In this document: one piece after another, positions 30,099 through 39,684 of the stretch
How positions within the stretch are numbered: position 1 is the stretch's first letter
Layout of the letters: every line of letters starts with the position of its first letter
Source: an uncultured Nitrospiraceae bacterium
GTDB taxonomy: Bacteria; Nitrospirota; 9FT-COMBO-42-15; HDB-SIOI813
Length of the DNA: 64,000 nt
Direction of reading: 5' to 3'
NCBI GenBank assembly: GCA_964611625.1
Contig: CAZTAM010000004.1
Coordinates: forward strand, 81,138 to 145,137
The notes under the pieces: generated by a model
What the model was told of the DNA's origin: nothing
The model's database searches: none
The model's input: the letters and a program-made list of their open reading frames with translations, nothing else
Translations under genes and position numbers: made by a program

Positions 30099-33020
30099 AT
30101 GACTGAAGATACCGGAAAGACTGCAGAGAAATTAGATGCAGAAATACTGAGTCTTGAGATATTAAGTGAAATCAGCAGGATCGCCCATTCAACGCTTGAA
30201 CTCAAAGAAAGACTGAATGCTATAGTAAACACAACGGCGGCTAAGATGGGTGTTGATTGCTGCTATGTTTCGCTATTGGAAAAAGATGGAAAGAGCCTCA
30301 CACTGAAGGCTGCAAAAGGGCTTGATGCCAGCTCAATTGATAAAGTGATACTTAAGATTGGCGAGGGTATAAACGGCTGGGTGGCAAAAGAGGTGATGCC
30401 GGTTGCCCTGAGTGACGCTCATGCTGACCCGAGATTCAAATACGTCGCCGAGACAGGTGAGGAAAAATACAGATCAATGCTTTCTGTCCCAATTACTGTT
30501 CAGGGTCAATGTACAGGCGTAATTACGGTTCAGACCTTTGGTCCAAAAGATTACCTGGAAGACGAGATTACCCTCCTGTCAACTATAGCTCGTGAGGTAG
30601 GGGGCATTATCAGAAATGCCCAGCTCTACCAGAATATGAACAACAGACTGCTTGAACTGACTTCATTATATGAAATGGGGCAGGCCATCACATCCACCCT
30701 GGATCTGGACACAATATTAAAAGTAATCATAAAAAACAGTGTATATGTTATCAGGGCTAAAGGCGGAGTCTTGCGGCTGCTTGAACCAGATACAGACAAG
30801 CTGGTGGTTAAAGCTTATTGCATGCCTGAGGAAGACGCATCAAGGTTAAGAGATCTTGATGTAGGGGAAGGTATCGCTGGCATGATTGTAGCCAATGAGG
30901 CGCCTCTTATAATACCGGACATCGAGGCATCAGCCGAATTCCGGGAAATCAACTGGGTAGTAGGCTCCACAATGCTTGGTGTACCACTCAAAACTAAAGA
31001 CAAGATTATAGGCACCATTACCATGTATGATAAGATACCTGAAGCGGGGGAAGGTTCCGCAAACTTTACCTATGAAGACCAGCAGCTGCTCACAACTATT
31101 GCAAGCCAGGCTTCTATAGCCATAGAAAATGCAAAGCTTTATCATCAGACATTAAATAATGCCAGAGAAATGGAGACACTGTTCTCTCTATCTAAAGGTC
31201 TTACATCTGTGCTTGATCTCAACTTTGTACTCGATTCTGTACTTCGTATGATAAGCGAACTGCTCGATGCAGGATTCGGTATCCTGACACTGTACGATGA
31301 GGAAACAGATGAGCTTGTTATCAAGTCACTTCACGGTGTGGATCACTCCGTATTACCCAGACTGAGATTTAAAATGGGGGAAGGAACTACAGGCTGGATC
31401 GGCGAGCACAAAGAAAGCATAATGCTGAACAAAGTTGATGATGATGACCCAAAGATGTCTTTTATACATTTGAAAAATCTTATAGGCGTCCCCTTATTGG
31501 TAAAAGACCGGCTTATAGGGACAATAGAAATAGCAAACAAGATTTCTGCACCGGGATTCTCATCATCAAACCTGATGTTTCTTTCCACATTTGCAGGACA
31601 TGCTGCAGTCTCTATAGAAAATGCCCGCCTGTATGAACAGACAAAACGGCTGGCAGAAGAGAATATAAAACGGGTTACGGAATTATCCATATTACATGAA
31701 ATCAGCAGTACATTGGGGACAACACTGGAACTGGACAAACTGCTTCATATCATTCTAACAGGTGTTACCATTGGCGGCGGACTGGGATTTAACAGGGCTG
31801 TCCTGTTCCTGTATGATGAAAGAGACAATGTATTACGAGGGGTGCTGGGAATAGGACCTGACAGCGGAGAGGAGGCACACAGGATGTGGAGCAGCCAGTC
31901 CGCCTCTGGCAGTCTCAGGGAACGGATATTAAGTGATGATGATATGGCGCTGCACAAGGCATCCAATATAAATAAGCTGGCCACCAGCATTGTTGTACCG
32001 ATTGAAGGGGGCACAAGTGTCCTTGCCAGAACTGTACTTGACAAGCAGGGTTATATTATAAAAAACGCCCATGAGGACCCCCGCGTGCTTCCTGCGTTGC
32101 GCGATATTATTAAGACCGAGAGTTTTGCAACTGCCCCTCTGATGGCAAAGGGGAAGGTAATTGGCGCAATCTTTGTTGATAATTTATTCACAAGAGTTCC
32201 TATCACTGAGGACGATATGAGGTTTCTCATGATGTTTGCCAATCAGGCTGGTTTAACAATCGAGAATGCCCTCATATACACTAACCTTGAAGAGACCAAT
32301 AAGAGTCTCAGGGATGCTCAGGAGAAATTGATTCAACAGGAAAAAATGGCGGCACTTGGTGAAATGGCTACGAGCATGGCTCATGAAATCAGAAACCCGC
32401 TTGTGTCAATAGGCGGATTCGCAAGACGCCTTAAGGATAAACCGGTTTCAGGTGAACAGGTAAAGAAATATTCAGAGATAATCTATGAAGAAGTACACCG
32501 TCTTGAGCGAATACTTCAGGAAATCCTGGCTTTTGCCAGGGAGACCAGGCCGGCATTTATCGCGACCAACATTAACAAGGTAATTGACGACGTCTTTACC
32601 CTGTACAAGGATACATTGAGTTCCAAGAATATAAAGGTACGCACTGACCTGTTACAGGGTATCCCGCTAATATCTGCAGATCCCCAGCAGCTTAAGCAGG
32701 TTTTTATTAATCTCTTTGCAAACGCTGAACAGGCGATGGGTGAAGCAGGCGGTGTACTCTTTATCGAATCAAAGCTTTCGGATCAAATGCCGCCTGAACT
32801 GATAATTGAAATCAGCAATACCGGCCCTTCAATCCCTCATGATATAATGGCAAATATCTTCAATCCGTTTTTCACTACCAAGTCGTCAGGTACAGGTCTT
32901 GGATTAGCCATTGTCCACAGGATAATAGACAGTCACAAGGGAACAATCCATGTAAAGAATCGTACAGCCCCGGACGATGGGGTCACGTTTATTCTAACGT
33001 TGCCTGTAGAAATCAGGTAA
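30099..33020 (+). CDS. Cytoplasmic sensor histidine kinase with four tandem GAF domains
   Basis: Four GAF-like segments; HisKA with MAHEIRNPL; HATPase_c (GTGLGLAIVHRII). No TM segment and no adjacent response regulator. Confidence 0.8.
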   Translation: MTEDTGKTAEKLDAEILSLEILSEISRIAHSTLELKERLNAIVNTTAAKMGVDCCYVSLLEKDGKSLTLKAAKGLDASSIDKVILKIGEGINGWVAKEVMPVALSDAHADPRFKYVAETGEEKYRSMLSVPITVQGQCTGVITVQTFGPKDYLEDEITLLSTIAREVGGIIRNAQLYQNMNNRLLELTSLYEMGQAITSTLDLDTILKVIIKNSVYVIRAKGGVLRLLEPDTDKLVVKAYCMPEEDASRLRDLDVGEGIAGMIVANEAPLIIPDIEASAEFREINWVVGSTMLGVPLKTKDKIIGTITMYDKIPEAGEGSANFTYEDQQLLTTIASQASIAIENAKLYHQTLNNAREMETLFSLSKGLTSVLDLNFVLDSVLRMISELLDAGFGILTLYDEETDELVIKSLHGVDHSVLPRLRFKMGEGTTGWIGEHKESIMLNKVDDDDPKMSFIHLKNLIGVPLLVKDRLIGTIEIANKISAPGFSSSNLMFLSTFAGHAAVSIENARLYEQTKRLAEENIKRVTELSILHEISSTLGTTLELDKLLHIILTGVTIGGGLGFNRAVLFLYDERDNVLRGVLGIGPDSGEEAHRMWSSQSASGSLRERILSDDDMALHKASNINKLATSIVVPIEGGTSVLARTVLDKQGYIIKNAHEDPRVLPALRDIIKTESFATAPLMAKGKVIGAIFVDNLFTRVPITEDDMRFLMMFANQAGLTIENALIYTNLEETNKSLRDAQEKLIQQEKMAALGEMATSMAHEIRNPLVSIGGFARRLKDKPVSGEQVKKYSEIIYEEVHRLERILQEILAFARETRPAFIATNINKVIDDVFTLYKDTLSSKNIKVRTDLLQGIPLISADPQQLKQVFINLFANAEQAMGEAGGVLFIESKLSDQMPPELIIEISNTGPSIPHDIMANIFNPFFTTKSSGTGLGLAIVHRIIDSHKGTIHVKNRTAPDDGVTFILTLPVEIR

Positions 33021-33022
33021 AA

Positions 33023-33523
33023 CTACCGTTTTGGCTTGGAGTGGCATCGCGTGCAGTTTGACAGCGGAAAGGCAACAACACCGTGGCACCTGCCGCAGAA
33101 CTGCCCCTCTTCAATCTTCTTCATCGTGACCTTGTTGGCACCTGCCTGCATAATAAATATCTTTGGATGACAGTTATTGCATGAAAGCCACTCTGTATGA
33201 GGGTAATGAGGGTATACTACATCAGGGAGCTCGCCTTTGACCTTGAATACTATATCCAGGTCTATCACCGGTGTATTAGGTTTGCGGGGATCAAGCGAAT
33301 CTTTCGGCTTAATTACACCCTGCCTGAGCGACTTAACCCAGTCAACACTCCCTGTGTTATCTTTAGGCAATATCTGAAGAGGGATCGCCTGCTCCTGTTG
33401 GCCCTGTGATTTTGGAGCGGCGTCCTTTTTCTGTTGAGCGTGTACAAGTGACGAGGAGGTTGAAAGCAATGTTAATACGATAATAAAGGCTGAAAAAAGT
33501 ACCCGGCCGATACATTCTGTCAT
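33023..33523 (-). CDS. c7-like triheme cytochrome c, secreted (paralog 1)
   Basis: Signal peptide (start taken at the internal Met, MTECIG...); three CxxCH motifs (CNNCH, CGRCH, CTRCH) in FPHYxH...CxxCH spacing like cytochrome c7. The ORF track extends to 33577. Confidence 0.65.
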   Translation of the reverse strand: MTECIGRVLFSAFIIVLTLLSTSSSLVHAQQKKDAAPKSQGQQEQAIPLQILPKDNTGSVDWVKSLRQGVIKPKDSLDPRKPNTPVIDLDIVFKVKGELPDVVYPHYPHTEWLSCNNCHPKIFIMQAGANKVTMKKIEEGQFCGRCHGVVAFPLSNCTRCHSKPKR

Positions 33524-33533
33524 ATTACAGTTT

Positions 33534-33950
33534 TTATTCAGTCTTTGCGGGTGATGTCTGGTCAGCGTCTTCAACAATTACTGCCCCCATCATGACATAA
33601 TGAATATAGCAAAAGTAGGGATACTCTCCTGTCTTTACGAATGTGTGACTCCATGACCCGCCAGGGGGGATTGGTGAAGAAAAAAGTTCCTTGTCATTTG
33701 CCTGGCCCGGTATGCTGGCGATAGGATGCCCTCTATCATCCTCATTTATCCATTTGACTGTATCACCGGTCTTGATTTTCAGAAGGGCAGGTTCAAATTT
33801 ATCCGTCCCTTTTGGTATTCTAACCTCATGCACTGCGGAACTTCCTGCAGGAGGTAAACCTTTTTCATCAGCAGCCGCCGAAAATTCAATACCTGAGAAC
33901 CCTGTTATGATTACAAACAGACTGACTATTCTTGCGGCTGATCGTAACAA
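33534..33950 (-). CDS. Cupredoxin (amicyanin/pseudoazurin-like blue copper protein), secreted
   Basis: Signal peptide. Putative type-1 Cu ligands: His in RGHP, then C-x2-H-x2-M in FCYIHYVMMG (amicyanin-like spacing). GDTVKW beta-sandwich motif. Confidence 0.65.
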   Translation of the reverse strand: MLRSAARIVSLFVIITGFSGIEFSAAADEKGLPPAGSSAVHEVRIPKGTDKFEPALLKIKTGDTVKWINEDDRGHPIASIPGQANDKELFSSPIPPGGSWSHTFVKTGEYPYFCYIHYVMMGAVIVEDADQTSPAKTE

Positions 33951-33979
33951 TGCGATTCTCCCTCGATTCTGCCTGATAT

Positions 33980-34783
33980 TTACCGGCCCTTTTTAGCGGC
34001 CTCCTTAGGCTTCACATGACATCTGTTACAATCTGTAAGGGGAAATGCAACCCTGTTATGGCATGCTCCGCAGTATTCTCCTGCAGCTATTTTTGCCATA
34101 GTCATTCCAGGGTTACCTCCTGCCTTCATCTGGAAAATACTGGTATGACAGTTTGTGCAGGTCAACCATAAGGTATGTACATAGTGGGGAAACACTACAT
34201 CTGCCATAAAATTACTCTTTGTCTGTATAACAATGTCAAGATTGAATGGTGGTGCAGCCATTGCCCCGGGCTCAAGTGAGTCCCACGGTTTTATATTGCC
34301 ATTTTTTATCGCTGCAGCCCAGTCCACCAATCCATATTGGTCCTTGGGCAATCTTGCAAGCTCCATAGCAGCAGGGTGTTCCATCTGACCGGCTTTCTCA
34401 GCTTCACCGGCAACAGCCGATGGATCTCCGGTACCTGCAACAACTCCACGAGAACTTAAATAGATCAGGAGAGAAGGGTCAATGTTTTTATATTGAGCGG
34501 GTACCTTCGCTCCCGCTGGTGCAGGGCTGGGTTTTACCGCAGGTGTCTGCTGTGCCATAACTGCAGGTGCTGGTTCTGAAACTGGTTCCGCTTCAGCGGC
34601 AACAGGTTCCGGAGCAGGGGCTGCCTCAGCCTGTGCAGGCGGTGTCTCGATTCCTGCAACATCTTCCTTTATTTCCGTTTGCGAACACGCGGCAGAAATC
34701 ATTACAACTATGGTCATAATTACAGCTGATAACAGGTACCTCAGATTTTTCTTGCAACTCATTATAAAGCCCCCCTCCCTCAA
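33980..34783 (-). CDS. c7-like triheme cytochrome c lipoprotein with Ala/Pro-rich linker (paralog 2)
   Basis: Lipobox ISAACS, a long A/P/E-rich linker, and a C-terminal domain with CTNCH, CGACH, CNRCH. The start may be the downstream Met (MSCKKN). Confidence 0.65.
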   Translation of the reverse strand: MREGGFIMSCKKNLRYLLSAVIMTIVVMISAACSQTEIKEDVAGIETPPAQAEAAPAPEPVAAEAEPVSEPAPAVMAQQTPAVKPSPAPAGAKVPAQYKNIDPSLLIYLSSRGVVAGTGDPSAVAGEAEKAGQMEHPAAMELARLPKDQYGLVDWAAAIKNGNIKPWDSLEPGAMAAPPFNLDIVIQTKSNFMADVVFPHYVHTLWLTCTNCHTSIFQMKAGGNPGMTMAKIAAGEYCGACHNRVAFPLTDCNRCHVKPKEAAKKGR

Positions 34784-34841
34784 CTAAATAGATAGGGATA
34801 TACCACTTTTCAGGATAAAAGTGGAGGTATCCTCAAATTCA

Positions 34842-35216
34842 TTATTTCATGAATCCCCGGGCCTCCGGAATTACCACAGTACTTGCACCGGAATGACATC
34901 TGTCACAGTAAATAGGCGCCCATGCTATTTTGCCGTTATGACATTTACCGCAATATTCACCCTGTATAATCTTCTGCATATTAACATCATTGGAACCCTG
35001 TCTCATAAGGAATATCTCTTCATGGCAAACCTTACACTTAAATCTGATCCGATGAAACCAGTGAGGAAACATTACAGGCGGCATACCTGCCTGCTCTGAA
35101 TACCTGTTCAATGTAAGGTCGGCATATTCAGCCTGTGTCGGTTTCAATTCAACAAAGCCAAGCACAGCAATAACGAAGGTTGAGATGAGAATACTGACTA
35201 TAACTTTCTTTTTCAT
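34842..35216 (-). CDS. c7-like triheme cytochrome c, secreted (paralog 3, minimal form)
   Basis: Signal peptide plus CKVCH, CGKCH, CDRCH with the same spacing as paralogs 1 and 2. AAGGAG Shine-Dalgarno 9 nt upstream. Confidence 0.65.
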   Translation of the reverse strand: MKKKVIVSILISTFVIAVLGFVELKPTQAEYADLTLNRYSEQAGMPPVMFPHWFHRIRFKCKVCHEEIFLMRQGSNDVNMQKIIQGEYCGKCHNGKIAWAPIYCDRCHSGASTVVIPEARGFMK

Positions 35217-35235
35217 CGGTTACCACTCCTTTTCT

Positions 35236-35255
35236 AAATTTCAAATTTGAAATTT
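35236..35255. promoter_or_regulatory. 20-bp perfect palindrome (candidate operator) in the 5' region of the cytochrome operon
   Basis: AAATTTCAAATTTGAAATTT equals its own reverse complement. Lies immediately 5' of the AAGGAG Shine-Dalgarno of the minus-strand cytochrome gene starting at 35216. Confidence 0.5.
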
Positions 35256-35331
35256 GAAATGACTTATTCTCTTCAGGGTGTAAAGGTAATTACCATATTA
35301 GGCGTAGAGTTGTCAATATTTTTTTTCGTAA

Positions 35332-36192
35332 TTATCTTCTGCCTGCAATTGCCTCAAGCCTTGCAACACGCTCTTCGATCGGGGGATGTGTGGAAAACAG
35401 TGACAACATCCCTCCCCCTGTCAGCGGACTCACTATAAACATATGTGCAGTGGCAGGGTTGGCGTTCATGGGAATACGGCGTGTGCCTGCATGCAGTTTC
35501 TTCAAAGCCCCGGCCAATGATAACGGATTGCCGCATATCGCAGCTCCACTTTCATCAGCCCGGTATTCACGCGACCGTGAAATAGCCATCTGAATTAACA
35601 TGGCAGCAATCGGTGCAAGGATCATAACCGCAATAGCTATGACAGAACCAAACGGATTACGGTCCTCGCCATCCCTGCGTCCCCCGCCAAACATAAGCCC
35701 CCACGAGGCCATATGACTGATATAACTTATTGCTCCGGCTATAGTAGCAGCCACTGTGCTGATAAGGATGTCACGATTCTTTATATGTGCCAGTTCATGT
35801 GCTACGACGCCGGCCAACTCATCCCTTGACAGAATACTCATGATCCCAGTCGTAACAGCTACTGCAGAGTGTTCCGGATTCCTGCCGGTTGCAAATGCAT
35901 TAGGCGCAGGGTTGTCCATGATATAGACTTTGGGCAGAGGCAGATTTGCCCTCATTGTAAGCTCCCTGACTATGCTATATAACTCTGGGGCTTCTTTTTC
36001 AGTAACCTGCCTTGCACGGTACATGGCAAGGACAATCTTGTCACTGAACCAGTATGCACCGACATTCATTACAAAGGCAAAAACAAGTGCCATAGCAGCC
36101 CCATTTTGTCCCCCGAGGACAGAGCCTATAAATATGAACAGGACTGACAGAACTGCCAGGAAAAAGGTTGTTTTTAATGTATTGATATTCAA
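35332..36192 (-). CDS. htpX: Protease HtpX (M48)
   Basis: [10 protein letters not shown] zinc motif and four TM segments. Confidence 0.85.
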   Translation of the reverse strand: MNINTLKTTFFLAVLSVLFIFIGSVLGGQNGAAMALVFAFVMNVGAYWFSDKIVLAMYRARQVTEKEAPELYSIVRELTMRANLPLPKVYIMDNPAPNAFATGRNPEHSAVAVTTGIMSILSRDELAGVVAHELAHIKNRDILISTVAATIAGAISYISHMASWGLMFGGGRRDGEDRNPFGSVIAIAVMILAPIAAMLIQMAISRSREYRADESGAAICGNPLSLAGALKKLHAGTRRIPMNANPATAHMFIVSPLTGGGMLSLFSTHPPIEERVARLEAIAGRR

Positions 36193-36305
36193 TTATTATA
36201 CCTCCGGTTATTAAAAAACAGTATCATTATTATAAGCATGCCGTATCTTACAGTCAATGTCATAATAGTGAAAAAATGCGCATTTCAACACCTCAAACCG
36301 GTCAA

Positions 36306-37244
36306 CTACCTTAGTATTATTCCGGTACTGACCGTCTGCCCTCTTATAAACTCCCCTGCCATCATCCTCTTTTTACCCTCTGCCTGTATCTCCGTAATCT
36401 TTATAACTGTATCTCCTGTTTTTACGAGGATGCCATCTGGCCCGGCTTTTAATATCTCTCCTGGTGCCGATGACTGGATGACGTTGCTTAAAATTTCAGC
36501 CTTCCATATCCCCCATCTCTTCCCATTATAAAAGGTATATGCCCCAGGCCACGGATTAAATGCCCTTATCCTGTTATATATAGTCTCAGCGCTGTTGTGC
36601 CATTCTATCCGGCCATCTTCTTTTCGGATAATCGGTGCATAGGTCGCAATTTCATGCTTTTGAGGAACAGGAACGGTCTCTCCACTGTCCAGTCCATCAA
36701 GCGTCCTGATGAGAAGCTCAGAGCCTGTCCTCGCCATCTTTATTCCAAGACTGCCTGCCGTGTCATCTCTCTCTATTTCTATCCTTTCCTGAAGTAATAT
36801 ATCCCCGGCATCAAGTTCCGGGTTCATTAACATTGTGGTCACTCCGGTATATCTTCTTCCATCCATTATTGCACGCTGCATGGGAGATGCACCGCGATAC
36901 TCCGGCAGTAGCGATGCATGAACATTGACTGGAAACTTTTTTGGTATTTTTAATATTTCAGACGGGATTATTTTTCCGTACGCCACTACAATTAAATAGT
37001 CAGGTTCTGCTGCCTTTATCGCATCATAAAAAGAGGGTTCAGAAAGTTTCCCGGGTTGAAGGACCGGTATGCCATGCTTCAGGGCAAACTCTTTCACCGG
37101 AGACTGAGTAAGTTTATGGCCTCTTCCCTTAGGTTTATCGGTCTGCGTTACTACACATGCAACCATTCTTCCGCTGTTTATTATAGATTCAAGAAATGGT
37201 ACGCTTATGGAGGGGGTCCCCATAAAAATGACCCTGGAAGTCAT
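36306..37244 (-). CDS. fmt: Methionyl-tRNA formyltransferase
   Basis: Fmt N-terminal formyltransferase domain (IFMGTP...SLLPEYRGASP) plus a C-terminal domain. Confidence 0.9.
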   Translation of the reverse strand: MTSRVIFMGTPSISVPFLESIINSGRMVACVVTQTDKPKGRGHKLTQSPVKEFALKHGIPVLQPGKLSEPSFYDAIKAAEPDYLIVVAYGKIIPSEILKIPKKFPVNVHASLLPEYRGASPMQRAIMDGRRYTGVTTMLMNPELDAGDILLQERIEIERDDTAGSLGIKMARTGSELLIRTLDGLDSGETVPVPQKHEIATYAPIIRKEDGRIEWHNSAETIYNRIRAFNPWPGAYTFYNGKRWGIWKAEILSNVIQSSAPGEILKAGPDGILVKTGDTVIKITEIQAEGKKRMMAGEFIRGQTVSTGIILR

Positions 37245-37251
37245 CTCAGTT

Positions 37252-37794
37252 CTAAAACCTTCCCGACATTTCAGCCTTTAACTGGCGTTCTCGTTTTTTC
37301 ATTTTTCTCAGAAACAACCCTCTCTTCAAACTACTCAGGCGGTCTATAAACAAAACACCGTTTACATGATCTGTTTCGTGCTGAAAAACCCTCGCAAGGA
37401 GCCCCTCTGCTTTTATTTCTATGCTGTTCCCCTCCCGGTCAAACCCCTTTACCTTCACAATTTCAGCCCTGACAACGCTGTCTCTGTACTCAGGGACACT
37501 CAGACAGCCCTCTTCCCCCTTAACCTCGCCTTCTTCGAAGATAATCTCAGGGTTTATTAAAACAGAATAGTTTTTGACAGGTCCCTCAGATGAAAGACCA
37601 GGGTCATATATGAACAATCTTACAGGTACACCCACCTGAACAGCTGCAAGGCCAAGCCCTGGCACTGCATCGAGCGTATCCATCATGTCCTGAATAAGCT
37701 TTTGTAAAACATCATCCCATTCTTCCACCCGCCTGCTCTTCTGACGGAGTATCGGGTCAGGATATTCTCTGATCCCAAGCACAGACATTATCAA
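37252..37794 (-). CDS. def: Peptide deformylase
   Basis: GLAAVQVG, EGCLSVP and HETDHVNG motifs. Confidence 0.92.
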   Translation of the reverse strand: MIMSVLGIREYPDPILRQKSRRVEEWDDVLQKLIQDMMDTLDAVPGLGLAAVQVGVPVRLFIYDPGLSSEGPVKNYSVLINPEIIFEEGEVKGEEGCLSVPEYRDSVVRAEIVKVKGFDREGNSIEIKAEGLLARVFQHETDHVNGVLFIDRLSSLKRGLFLRKMKKRERQLKAEMSGRF

Positions 37795-37974
37795 GTCCTC
37801 CTAAGATTCACTCTAACACCTGACACCTTAAAAATCAAGCTGATACATGTCAGGAAGATAATTGAGACCAATTAAAATCGGATCGAAAATAAAGTTTATT
37901 CATGGCAGTCCGATACGGGGAATGCATAGAAAATCAGGCGTAGGGAAGCGCCTTTTTAACCAGGGAGGGTTGCC

Positions 37975-39012
37975 ATGGACGCACTGTCAAACTCTTTTTT
38001 TCGTCACAATAATCTATCCGGTCTTCCTGATAAAAATAATCAGGGTGGGCTGAACCTGCAGTCCGGGGTTCTTTCCAGAACCAGGTCCAAAGCAGAGATT
38101 GAGATTACTACGGCAGAAGGTGACCGGGTCACATTATTGAGCCAATCAAAAATCCGGGCAGCTTATGCCAGTTATGACTCAATGGGTACATTGAAAGGAA
38201 ATGAGTCATCCGGATCAACGGAACTGTACCGCATTATCTCCGCAAACAAAGTCTCCATTTCAGTGGAGGGCCATCTTAGTGAGGAAGAGATTGCCGATAT
38301 TCAGAATCTTCTTCAGTCAATTGAAGATCTTTTCATGAATTTTCTCACGAAAGGCGGAAATATTGGTGAATCACAGCCCTCGCCTCCATCGCTGGACACG
38401 ATGAAAACCCTGTCTAATTTCGATGCCGAACTCAAATACTCTCAAAAAGTAACAGGCTTCGGGATATCGTCCGGCAATAACAGTCAGATGACAGGTGCTG
38501 CGGATGAAAAGGATTCCGCAACCGCTGATGTAACAACAGTGACTGCATTCAAGTCCAGGATGAAGGCCTCCATGAATCTCAGCGGAACATGGAAAGTAAT
38601 GGAAGAGCCGGCACCTGCGAATATAAATGCCATTATAGAACCTGTTCAGGTGCAACCGGGGTCTCCTGAGGAACCTTCAGCTGCGGTGCAGACTCTTACT
38701 GATAAAGAAAGCGTTCCAACGTCAGCAGACAACACGGCGTCGCAAAGTCAGGCTGCAGATGCCAGCCAGGCCGGCACAGACTCGTTATCATCCAATACCA
38801 CCGTCAGGATGAAACTTGTCGAGGAGTTTGCTGCCCTCATTAATGACTCAACGCTGGATTTAAACAGGTTAGCGTCGGTGTTATCCCAGTTAATACCCAA
38901 AATGATAGATATGTTTAATGCAAATTATAAAATGAGTGAATTTCAAAAGTCCGTCCTCCTGCAGACAGGGGATGAGGTCATCAATACACTTAAGACTGCT
39001 GCTCCGATATAA
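37975..39012 (+). CDS. Hypothetical protein with a Ser/Thr/Gln/Ala-rich central region and no signal peptide
   Basis: 345-aa ORF with an AGGGAGG Shine-Dalgarno and its own downstream terminator. No recognisable motif. Confidence 0.5.
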   Translation: MDALSNSFFRHNNLSGLPDKNNQGGLNLQSGVLSRTRSKAEIEITTAEGDRVTLLSQSKIRAAYASYDSMGTLKGNESSGSTELYRIISANKVSISVEGHLSEEEIADIQNLLQSIEDLFMNFLTKGGNIGESQPSPPSLDTMKTLSNFDAELKYSQKVTGFGISSGNNSQMTGAADEKDSATADVTTVTAFKSRMKASMNLSGTWKVMEEPAPANINAIIEPVQVQPGSPEEPSAAVQTLTDKESVPTSADNTASQSQAADASQAGTDSLSSNTTVRMKLVEEFAALINDSTLDLNRLASVLSQLIPKMIDMFNANYKMSEFQKSVLLQTGDEVINTLKTAAPI

Positions 39013-39057
39013 ATCTGCAATATCTCTTCACCGGGTCTCTGATAAAATCTGCAGCGT

Positions 39058-39100
39058 AAAGAGGCGGCCGCTGAAAAAACCGGGCGCCTCTTTACTTTTC
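39058..39100 (+). terminator. Rho-independent terminator after the hypothetical 345-aa gene
   Basis: aaagaggcg / cgcctcttt 9-bp stem followed by acttttctgaaatttc. Confidence 0.6.
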
Positions 39101-39137
39101 TGAAATTTCTATTAATAATAAATCATAGGAGTAGGAT

Positions 39138-39638
39138 ATGTTTAAAAGGTTACTTACTATAATTACGTTATGGAGTTTTCTCCTGACTGCTGGCATTGCC
39201 ATTGCTGCAGCTGTGCCGATGGCTGGCAGCAAGGCGCCAGACTTTACCCTCACGTCTGTTAAAGGAGAACAGGTATCGCTGTCTCAATTCAAAGGATCAG
39301 TGGTTGTACTGGGTCTGTTCCACATCTGTGATCCGTGCATGAACCAGGCATCGCAGATGCAGAAGCTATTGAATGAAGGACAGACCAGCGCTGTGTTTTT
39401 AGGAGTCAATACTGCAGGAGATTCAAAAGAGGATGTCATTGCCTACCTGAATCAGTTCAAGACCAGGATAACCTTTTCTTATCTGTTAGATCCTGATAAG
39501 GACGTAAATAAAAAGTATTTCCAGAGGCTGATGCCTACTGTTCTGATAATCGATGGAAATGGAATTATCAGATACAGGGGATCCTCGACTCCATCGGGTG
39601 TACTGTTGTCAGAAATCAAAAAAATAATGGCAAAATAG
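39138..39638 (+). CDS. Secreted TlpA/AhpC-like thioredoxin-fold redoxin
   Basis: Signal peptide; CDPC redox motif in a TlpA-like context. Confidence 0.6.
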   Translation: MFKRLLTIITLWSFLLTAGIAIAAAVPMAGSKAPDFTLTSVKGEQVSLSQFKGSVVVLGLFHICDPCMNQASQMQKLLNEGQTSAVFLGVNTAGDSKEDVIAYLNQFKTRITFSYLLDPDKDVNKKYFQRLMPTVLIIDGNGIIRYRGSSTPSGVLLSEIKKIMAK

Positions 39639-39684
39639 AAAAGAAATAGCATGCAGTCGGAATAGAATCCGGGCAATACTCACT

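Noticed and set aside
30815-32242. Five minus-strand ORFs inside the GAF histidine kinase gene.
   Set aside because: They are antisense to a continuous 973-aa multidomain protein and have no supporting signals.
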